Shown piece by piece: positions 57,030 to 64,000 of a stretch of DNA of 64,000 nucleotides (the first letter of the stretch is position 1; every line of letters starts with the position of its first letter). A program made the translations under genes and the position numbers. The notes under the pieces were generated by a model. It searched no databases. It was not told where the DNA came from and was given only the letters and a program-made list of their open reading frames with translations. The stretch is from assembly GCA_030636025.1 (NCBI GenBank), contig DAOVXQ010000004.1:6685-70684 (forward strand), in the 5' to 3' direction. The DNA is from an archaeon. GTDB lineage: Archaea; Nanobdellota; Nanobdellia; Pacearchaeales; GW2011-AR1.

Positions 57030-58342
57030 TGCGAGAAAAAGTTAGAAATATAAGGTTAGGTAAACTAACAGCAGAGCAGAACATTAGGAATTTTATTTTA
57101 AAAATTAAGAAAAATAATAAAAAGATAAATGCGGTTTTGCATTTGAATCCTGATGCGATTGAAGAAGCTAAACAAGTTGATAAGATGAAGAAGAAAGGAA
57201 AGTTGGCTGGAATTGGGGTTGTTGTTAAATCTAATATTAATGTTAATGGATTAATTGCTAATTGTGCTTCAAAGACTCTTGAGGATTATAAGTCAAGTTA
57301 TGATGCTACTGTTATTAAAAAATTAAAAGATGAAGGGGCTGTAATTTTAGGTATGGCAAATATGGATGAGTTTGCTTCTGGTTCAAGTGGAGAGAGTTCT
57401 GCTTTTGGTGTTTGCAAAAATCCTTCTGCCTTAGATAGAATTCCGGGTGGCTCTTCTTCAGGAAGTGCTGCTTCAGTGGCTGCTGATTTTTGCGATTTTA
57501 GTTTGGGCAGTGATACTGGTGGAAGTATAAGAAATCCTGCTTCGCATTGCAGTGTTGTTGGAATGAAACCTTCTTATGGGGCTGTTTCGAGATATGGATT
57601 AATTGATTTAAGTATGAGTTTAGACCAAATTGGACCCTTAGGTAAAAGTGTTGAAGATATAGAATTAGTTTATAATGTTATTAATGGGTTTGATGAAAAT
57701 GATGGGGTGAGTAGAAATTTTTCATCAGAGAAAATGAAAAAGAGTTTGAAAATCGGTGTTCCTTTTGTGAATGCAGATGAACAAATTTGGGATATAATTA
57801 AGATTAAGATTCAGGAAGTTTGTGATGGGCAGGGTTGGAAAGCAGATGATATTGAATTAAAACATATTGATTTGGGAATTCAAACTTATTATCCTATAAA
57901 TTATGTTGAATTTTTTTCAGGAACAAGAAGGTTTGATGGAAGAAAATATGGTAAAAAGATTGAGGAAAGTTGTGGTGAAGAAGTTTTAAGAAGAATTTTG
58001 GGTGGGCAGGAGATAAGTCAGGCAGAATTTGCAGGCAAGTATTATAGAAGAGCTTTGATTGCTAAAAAAATTATTGAAAAAGAGTTTGTAGAGGCATTTA
58101 AGAAATATGATTGCATTATTATGCCAACTGTTCCAAAACTGCCTCATAAAATTGGGGAGAAAATAAGTGTGGAAGATAGTTATGATTATGATACTTTAAC
58201 TGTTCTTGCTAATTTAGCAGAGATTCCTGCAATAAGTATTCCTGTAGGAGATGTTGGAGGAGTGCCGGTGGGTATTCAGATTTTATGTGCTCGCGGGAAT
58301 GATGATTTTATGCTGAATATCGCGAAGGTGTTTGAGAAATAA
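57026..58342 (+). CDS. gatA: Asp/Glu-tRNA amidotransferase subunit A
   Basis: Amidase signature PGGSSSGS...GSDTGGSIRNPA. Confidence 0.96.
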   Translation: MMREKVRNIRLGKLTAEQNIRNFILKIKKNNKKINAVLHLNPDAIEEAKQVDKMKKKGKLAGIGVVVKSNINVNGLIANCASKTLEDYKSSYDATVIKKLKDEGAVILGMANMDEFASGSSGESSAFGVCKNPSALDRIPGGSSSGSAASVAADFCDFSLGSDTGGSIRNPASHCSVVGMKPSYGAVSRYGLIDLSMSLDQIGPLGKSVEDIELVYNVINGFDENDGVSRNFSSEKMKKSLKIGVPFVNADEQIWDIIKIKIQEVCDGQGWKADDIELKHIDLGIQTYYPINYVEFFSGTRRFDGRKYGKKIEESCGEEVLRRILGGQEISQAEFAGKYYRRALIAKKIIEKEFVEAFKKYDCIIMPTVPKLPHKIGEKISVEDSYDYDTLTVLANLAEIPAISIPVGDVGGVPVGIQILCARGNDDFMLNIAKVFEK

Positions 58343-58979
58343 ATTTTTTTAGTTCTTTTTCTAAATGATTCGGATTTTTGATATAAACTAGTTTTATTTT
58401 ATCTTTTTTTAAATAAGCTTCATCTTCAAAGGATAATTTTTTATTTTTTAGAAAAGGGGAGTAGACAAAAATTGTAAAGTTTTTTCCTGCTTTAATTTTT
58501 GGGTGAATGAATTTTCCTGCAACTTCTACTCCTTTTTTATTTCCAGTCATTATTTTGTATAAATATTCTGCTCCATTTTTTTCTAAGTCTGTTCCAGGGG
58601 AACGCCCGAGATATAAAATAGCATCACCAAAAAGGGCCTTTGTCATATCATGTTTAAACCAATCTCCTGAATCAATTGTTTCATCAAAAATAGGTTTATT
58701 ATTTATCTTTTCATTAATGTAAGGTTCTAAATGTTTAATTCCAAATGTTTTATCTGATTTTGGAATTGTCGCAATTACTTTTTGCCCTCCTTTTTGTTTG
58801 TAAAGTTTTGCTAAAGTAAAACTTATTCCTTTATCTGGCAGGCATTCTAATTCAATATTTGAATTTACAAATGATTGGGCTATTTTTTCTAATTCAGAAT
58901 TAAATTTTTGTTTAGATATCCCTAAAAGTTTTTGAAAATGAAATTCTATATTTCCTGGGCCAATTAATGCTAATCTCAT
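58308..58979 (-). CDS. hypothetical Rossmannoid (SLOG-like) protein
   Basis: LALIGPG N-terminus, LPDKG, LGRSPGT; overlaps the gatA 3' end by 35 nt. Confidence 0.6.
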   Translation of the reverse strand: MRLALIGPGNIEFHFQKLLGISKQKFNSELEKIAQSFVNSNIELECLPDKGISFTLAKLYKQKGGQKVIATIPKSDKTFGIKHLEPYINEKINNKPIFDETIDSGDWFKHDMTKALFGDAILYLGRSPGTDLEKNGAEYLYKIMTGNKKGVEVAGKFIHPKIKAGKNFTIFVYSPFLKNKKLSFEDEAYLKKDKIKLVYIKNPNHLEKELKKFISQTPSRYSA

Positions 58980-59054
58980 GTAAACGAAATTAATTTAAAC
59001 TATATAAAGTTTGTTTTTATATAAATTATATAATTAAATGAAGAAGATTTTAAA

Positions 59055-59699
59055 ATGAAATTTCAAGAACAAAAACAAATTCAATTATCTCGTGAAGATG
59101 CTTCAAATATTGGTGGTTGGGATTCTAAAATTAAGGGATTATGTCAGAAATTAAATAAGAAAAAAGATTATTATACAACTTCAAGTTGTGCAGGCAGGAT
59201 TGTTCTTTTGAAAGGAGAGATTGGAAAAGAACCTAATAAATTTTTATTTAGGGCTCATAAAAAAATTAGTTTTAAGGAATTGAAAGGGGCTTTGAATGAG
59301 GTTGATTATGGTGGGCTTGTTGAATTTAAGCAAAGTCCTTGTATTTTGCATGTTGCTTGCAAGGATTTAGGGAGGGCTCAGGATTTAGTTAATAAAGCAA
59401 AATTTGCTGGATGGAAGCATAGTGGAATTATGGCAACAAAAAAAAGGTTTGTTGTTGAGTTGCATAGCACAGAGAGAATTGCTTTTTTTATAATGAATAA
59501 TGGAAAGGTTTTAGTCGACGATGATTTTTTAAAATTAGTAGTGCAACAAGCTAATTTGAGGTTAGAAAGGGTTTGGGGTAAGATTGAGAAGTTGAAAAAG
59601 AAATTAGAGATTATTGATTCTTCTGATTCTGAGAAAGAGGTTATTGTTCGACAGTTGGAGGAGGATATTAAGGGGTTGAGGGGAGAGAAGAGGAAGTGA
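59055..59699 (+). CDS. taw3: tRNA wybutosine-pathway methyltransferase Taw3/Tyw3
   Basis: D..I..L...LN...YYTTSSCAGRI, ILHV, GWKHSG. Confidence 0.93.
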   Translation: MKFQEQKQIQLSREDASNIGGWDSKIKGLCQKLNKKKDYYTTSSCAGRIVLLKGEIGKEPNKFLFRAHKKISFKELKGALNEVDYGGLVEFKQSPCILHVACKDLGRAQDLVNKAKFAGWKHSGIMATKKRFVVELHSTERIAFFIMNNGKVLVDDDFLKLVVQQANLRLERVWGKIEKLKKKLEIIDSSDSEKEVIVRQLEEDIKGLRGEKRK

Positions 59700-59826
59700 T
59701 TGTGTGTTTTTACCATATAAATATTTTTAAAGAATTTTTAGCTGAGTATTTTATTAAATTTGGTGAGAATTATGAAACAAATAATTAGATTCTATTTAAT
59801 AATTGAAAGGAGGTTAAAAAATAAAG

Positions 59827-60915
59827 ATGGTTTTAGATTTCGCGAAAGAAGCAATAGATAATTTAGATACACATAGTATTAACTTTGATGGATTGAAGGC
59901 TGGGAAGGCAAATATCAAGGTTTTTGGTGTTGGTGGTGCAGGTTGTAATGCTGTGACTTGGCTGTTTAATAAAGGTATTAATGGAGCTAATGTTTATGCT
60001 GCTAACACAGATGCTTTGCATCTTAGTATTACTAAGGCAGATGATAAAATTCTTATTGGTAAGGAGTTGACCAGAGGATTAGGTGCTGGTGGTAAGTCTG
60101 AGATAGGTCGGGAAGCTGCAAAGGAATCGATTTCTGATTTGAAAAAATCTGTAAGCGGTGCTGATATGATATTTGTCATTGGAGGTATGGGTGGCGGAAC
60201 AGCTACTGGTGCTTGTCCTGTGATTGCACAACTTGCTAAGGAAACTGGGGCAGTTGTGATTGGTGTTGTTACAATGCCGTTTGAGTGCGAGAAGGCGAGA
60301 ATTGATAAAGCAGAATTTGGCTTGCAGGAGCTGAGAGATCAAGTTGATACAGCTATTGTGATTGATAATAACCGATTAGTAGATATTGCTGGACAATTGC
60401 CGATACAACAGGCGTTTGCTGTTGCTAATGAGTTGATTAGCACAATGATTAAAGGAATTGTAGAGACAATTACCTTGCCAAGTTTGATTAATTTGGATTA
60501 TGCAGATGTTTCTTCAATTATGAAGAAGGGTGAGGTTGCTGTTATTGGTATTGGTGAAGCAGATTCAAGTGATAGAGTTAATGAGGCAGTTAGGCAGGCC
60601 CTGACACATCCATTGTTAGACGTGGATTACAGGGGTGCTTCAGGTGCTTTGATTCATATTACTTGCGGCGCAGACATGAAGTTAGAAGAGTTCAGCCAGA
60701 TTGGTAAATTGGTTACAGAAAATCTTTCTGCAGATGCACAGGTTATTATTGGTGCCCGTATAAACAAAGACTTTGAAGGTCGTGTTCGGGTAATTACAAT
60801 TATGACAGGTGTTTCAAGTCCTTATATCTTGGGGAAGCAAAAGCTTTATAGCTATGAAAGGGAAGTAGCAAATGAAGAATTTTCTGAGTTAGGAATTGAA
60901 GTTGTTAGAGAATAG
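59827..60915 (+). CDS. ftsZ: cell division protein FtsZ
   Basis: GVGGAGCN, NTD, GMGGGTATG, NLDYAD; AGGAGG SD. Confidence 0.97.
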   Translation: MVLDFAKEAIDNLDTHSINFDGLKAGKANIKVFGVGGAGCNAVTWLFNKGINGANVYAANTDALHLSITKADDKILIGKELTRGLGAGGKSEIGREAAKESISDLKKSVSGADMIFVIGGMGGGTATGACPVIAQLAKETGAVVIGVVTMPFECEKARIDKAEFGLQELRDQVDTAIVIDNNRLVDIAGQLPIQQAFAVANELISTMIKGIVETITLPSLINLDYADVSSIMKKGEVAVIGIGEADSSDRVNEAVRQALTHPLLDVDYRGASGALIHITCGADMKLEEFSQIGKLVTENLSADAQVIIGARINKDFEGRVRVITIMTGVSSPYILGKQKLYSYEREVANEEFSELGIEVVRE

Positions 60916-60931
60916 TTTTTTTATTTATTTG

Positions 60932-60951
60932 AGGCCCCTTTGGGCCTTTTG
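60932..60951 (+). terminator. GC hairpin plus T tract after ftsZ
   Basis: aggccc-cttt-gggcct then T-run. Confidence 0.6.
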
Positions 60952-61027
60952 TTTTTTTATATTCTATAACCTAAAACTATTTAAATAAGATAATCTTATT
61001 AATAATATAAATTTATTGGAATTTAAA

Positions 61028-61288
61028 ATGGAAAATATTGAAGTTACAAGCATTAGTTCAAGGGGGCAAGTAGTTATCCCCCAAAATTTAAGGGAAAAAC
61101 TTAGAATTAATGAGGGAGAAAAGTTTGTTGTTATTGGAGAAGATAATATGATTATATTGAAAAAATTAGAAATGCCTTCTTTTAGTGGAGTGGATAAATT
61201 ACTTAGAAAAACAAGAGAGTTTACAAAAAGAAAAGGATTGAAAGAGCCTGATATTGAGGGTGTGATTAGGCAAGTACGGAGAAAATGA
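61028..61288 (+). CDS. AbrB/MazE/SpoVT antitoxin
   Basis: ISSRGQVVIPQNLREKL. Confidence 0.92.
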   Translation: MENIEVTSISSRGQVVIPQNLREKLRINEGEKFVVIGEDNMIILKKLEMPSFSGVDKLLRKTREFTKRKGLKEPDIEGVIRQVRRK

Positions 61289-61686
61289 GGGTTATTCTTG
61301 ATACGAATGTTTTTGTTTCTGGAATTTTCTGGGAAGGGAATTTTTGTTCTCAAATAATAGAAAGATGGAGAGAAAGGAAATTTGAATTAGTTAGTTCTGT
61401 GGAAATTTTAGACGAATTTGTTAAAACATTAAGAAATTTTAAAATTCAAATGCCTGAGGGGATGATTGAAGAATGGAAAAATCTGATAATTGAAAATTCA
61501 ATTATTGTTGAGCCAACTATAAAACTAGACATTATAAGGGATGATTTAGACGATAATAAATTTCTTGAAGCAGGCGTAACAGGAAAAGTAGATTTGATTA
61601 TTAGTCAAGATAAACATCTTTTGAAATTGAAAGAATATGAGGGCATGAAAATTATTAGTCCTGAAGAGGCATTGGAATTTATTTAA
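61285..61686 (+). CDS. PIN-domain toxin (VapC-like, PIN_3)
   Basis: ILDTNVFVS, DDNKFLE, ISQDKHLL. Confidence 0.93.
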   Translation: MRVILDTNVFVSGIFWEGNFCSQIIERWRERKFELVSSVEILDEFVKTLRNFKIQMPEGMIEEWKNLIIENSIIVEPTIKLDIIRDDLDDNKFLEAGVTGKVDLIISQDKHLLKLKEYEGMKIISPEEALEFI

Positions 61687-61764
61687 TATTTATATCTTAT
61701 AAAAGAAGGGGTTTTGGAGATGAGTTATTGTTTAATAAGAAGAGGTATGATTGGGTATCAAAAC

Positions 61765-62025
61765 TTAATTATCGTGATTTTTTCTAAGAAGTTTTGAACT
61801 TTCTAAGGCAGTTCTTGCTAATTTTTCTAATGTTTTTGCTTTTTCCTCTGGATTATAAATTATCATGTATTGTTTAGAAATAGGACCAGGTTTTCCATTA
61901 ATGTCCTTGGGGATACGATTCTTTCCAGAATAAAAAACTTCAACATTTTCTGGCGGTAATGAATAGAATGCACAATATTCTATCCCCATAGAATTAAGGC
62001 CCCCATATTTTTTATCTTTTGCCAT
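61765..62025 (-). CDS. orphan hypothetical protein
   Basis: ORF track. Confidence 0.6.
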   Translation of the reverse strand: MAKDKKYGGLNSMGIEYCAFYSLPPENVEVFYSGKNRIPKDINGKPGPISKQYMIIYNPEEKAKTLEKLARTALESSKLLRKNHDN

Positions 62026-62117
62026 CTTAATTTTTTATGTCTACCTTATTTTTAAGGATTATTGTCTCTAATTATATATTTTTGGAGTATTTTCTAATGG
62101 TTGTTAGAAAAATAAAT

Positions 62118-62426
62118 TTATTCTTTATTTTGTGGATACGACTTTTCTTTAATAATTAAATAAGAACATTCTGAGGGAGTCTTATCTATTATTTTGTGCT
62201 GTTCTCCTGCTTCAATCATGATTAATCCTAATTGATTTACTTCTACAACTTTTTTATCAATTTGTAACGTCAATTTTCCATTAAGTACAAAATAATATTC
62301 AGCAAAAGGATGTTTATGAAAAGATTCAGTTTTCAGGGGCCTTCCTGAAGAATGTTTAATTTGAAGAGGCGATTGATTCCAGTATCCACAAAACCAGCCA
62401 TTTTCATTTGGTTTATATTTTTTCAT
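62118..62426 (-). CDS. cupin domain protein
   Basis: HKH..EYYFVLNG...IEAGEQH. Confidence 0.9.
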   Translation of the reverse strand: MKKYKPNENGWFCGYWNQSPLQIKHSSGRPLKTESFHKHPFAEYYFVLNGKLTLQIDKKVVEVNQLGLIMIEAGEQHKIIDKTPSECSYLIIKEKSYPQNKE

Positions 62427-62516
62427 AAAAAACGAAATGAAGAGGTATACTTAAGGTTTTTGTTGAGTAATATTACACATAACAATCCCCCCATCAAATA
62501 ATTTATTCTTATAGAT

Positions 62517-63077
62517 TCAATGCCCACTAATCATTCTTGGTTTTGTTTTTGTTTTGTTTTTCCAAGTATCAAAGTAAATTATATTGTTTAAATTAGTTTT
62601 TGCTTTTTGCTTTGTTTTGATTTTTGATTTATGTGCGATTGGAAGAATTGCCTGGACTTCAATTTCATCTGGGATTTTTAAAATTTTTTTTATTGTTATG
62701 TCTGAAAAAGCTCCGACCCAGCAGGATGCCAATCCCAAGTCTGTTATTTTTAACAGAAAGTTTTCAATTACTGCTCCTGCGTGTTGCTTTATGTATTTTT
62801 CTGCTCTTTCATCAAACATGATTTTTGTTTGTTTTGAATCAGAGCAAACTGCGACGATATATTGGGATTTGGTTATGAATTTTTGCTGGCAGGCCTGTGC
62901 GATTTTCTGAATTGTTTCTGGGTTGTCAATTATAATATATTTTAATATTGAAAGATTTCCTGGCGAGGGGGCTGAGTTGGCTGATTCAATTATGCTTAGG
63001 ACTTTTTCATAATTAATTTTTTTAGGAGAGTAATTCCTTAGTGATGCTCTTGTTTTAATTACTTTGTTGAAATCCAT
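62517..63077 (-). CDS. nitroreductase family protein
   Basis: RASLRNY, APSPGN, GLASCWVGAF. Confidence 0.95.
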   Translation of the reverse strand: MDFNKVIKTRASLRNYSPKKINYEKVLSIIESANSAPSPGNLSILKYIIIDNPETIQKIAQACQQKFITKSQYIVAVCSDSKQTKIMFDERAEKYIKQHAGAVIENFLLKITDLGLASCWVGAFSDITIKKILKIPDEIEVQAILPIAHKSKIKTKQKAKTNLNNIIYFDTWKNKTKTKPRMISGH

Positions 63078-63078
63078 T

Positions 63079-63240
63079 TTAGTTTATGTTTGTTAGTTTT
63101 TTACTAACTGATTGATACCATTTTAATATTATTATTGCGATTAGAATTACAACTAAAAAAATCAAAGGGGTTTTATATTCTGTGATAATGTTTGATAGGA
63201 AATTTGGGGTTTCTGTAAATAAGCCGGGTAGTTTTGCCAT
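63079..63240 (-). CDS. 53-aa single-TM protein
   Basis: MAKLPGLF...LIFLVVILIAIIILKW; below ORF-track cutoff; 1 nt from the nitroreductase start. Confidence 0.55.
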   Translation of the reverse strand: MAKLPGLFTETPNFLSNIITEYKTPLIFLVVILIAIIILKWYQSVSKKLTNIN

Positions 63241-63459
63241 GTTTTAATTAGTTTAAGGGAGTATAAAAATGTTTTTAAGGAGATTTATTTAAATCTCTGA
63301 AAATTAAGGAAATAAATTAACCTTAATTTTCTCTTTATGTCTTATTCTTTTTAATCTTTCATCTGTAAAACTTATTATCATTATAGGATTTAAGAGAAGA
63401 ACAAACTTAGGTTAGCGAAGCTTCTAAGTTTGGCGCGTAAGTGGATTATTTTTAAGAAA

Positions 63460-63532
63460 CGTCTCGGAGAGGACTCGAACCTCTGACCCTTCGGTTAACA
63501 GCCGAATGCTCTACCAACTGAGCTACCGAGAC
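63460..63532 (-). tRNA. tRNA-Asn (GTT)
   Basis: GTCTCGG acceptor, anticodon arm TTCGG-CTGTTAA-CCGAA, GGTTCGAGTCC. Confidence 0.95.
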
Positions 63533-63589
63533 ATAAAATTTTAGGGAGAAATTAATATTTAAAGTTATTGATTTTGGAAGATAAATGTT

Positions 63590-64000
63590 TTATCCCCCAA
63601 CTTCATCCCTTATATCTAATAATTTTTTTCTTCTTTTTTGTTTTTCAATTCTTGCATAGACATTTCCTTGTTTGCTTCCTTTGATTATTGAAGTTAATGA
63701 TTGAACTGCGTCTTCGATTGTTTCTGCATTGCCGATGATTCCTACATGATTGTCTTGCAAGGAAATTTCGCAATTTGTCAGATTGTGGAGTGTTTGCAGT
63801 GTTTTGCCTCCTGTCCCGATTATTCTTGCTCTGATTCTTTCTAAGTCGTGCCTTTTTGTTAAATCTTTGATATTAATTTTTTGAAGTATTAATTTTTCGT
63901 CTTTTAATTGAAGTGCAGAATCAATAGAAAAATCCAAGTTAATTGCCTCTAAGACAGTTATTGCAACATATTCTTTTTCAGCTGTTCCATTTACAAAAAC
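63590..64000 (-). CDS. KH-domain RNA-processing protein Dim2/Pno1 (5' truncated by window)
   Basis: RARIIGTGGKT...GSKQGNVY; frame open to the window edge. Confidence 0.9.
   Translation of the reverse strand, partial: VFVNGTAEKEYVAITVLEAINLDFSIDSALQLKDEKLILQKINIKDLTKRHDLERIRARIIGTGGKTLQTLHNLTNCEISLQDNHVGIIGNAETIEDAVQSLTSIIKGSKQGNVYARIEKQKRRKKLLDIRDEVGG

Noticed and set aside
1265-62910. Numerous antisense or out-of-frame ORFs in the track (e.g. 3424, 4746, 5552, 13322, 24655, 40855, 41518, 59378, 60964, 62584)
   Set aside because: Shadows of well-supported genes; 3424..3624 overlaps rps17e and alba
1-64000. CRISPR array, rRNA, IS transposase
   Set aside because: No regularly spaced repeats with unique spacers, no rRNA-like GC-rich block, no transposase motifs seen

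Overview
AT-rich chromosomal segment of a DPANN archaeon, most consistent with Pacearchaeota (Nanobdellota). Evidence: Alba, TFE, rps17e, Taw3, Dim2/Pno1, GatDE plus GatCAB, FtsZ, mostly leaderless TATA-type promoters, bacterial-type LeuRS and short AlaRS, and a giant beta-helix surface protein with ITGxxV motifs. The backbone is translation-centred (leuS, alaS, proS, aspS, gatABCDE, tRNA-Met/Ile CAT, tRNA-Arg TCG, tRNA-Asn GTT). It also carries a MoxR-DUF58-vWA locus, DisA, a DHH phosphoesterase and TA modules. Two features stand out. (1) Single orphan genes are inserted at the borders of conserved genes and bracketed by imperfect direct repeats of the gene-end or gene-start junction, with no transposase in the window. 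Five clear cases plus one weak one: a 66-bp duplicated alaS 3' end around a PD-(D/E)XK nuclease, the gatE end, the coiled-coil/ATPase junction, an LGYKKLxN C-terminus, a start-codon junction, and the gatC/gatA ATGA overlap. (2) A ~8.3-kb co-oriented island (42.2-50.4 kb) lies next to a HerA/VirB4-like ATPase. It uses bacterial SD sequences and hairpin terminators and encodes diderm-type proteins (outer-membrane beta-barrel, dockerin-like repeat, PKD/YfaP protein, lone Xer N-terminal domain). It ends in a ~330-nt multi-hairpin ncRNA candidate. Other notable items: ProRS fused to a basic N-terminal domain with an upstream operator array, a TrmB palindrome regulon, and variable cassettes between conserved DNA boxes in the surface protein. 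Family assignments come from motif recognition only; no database search was run.
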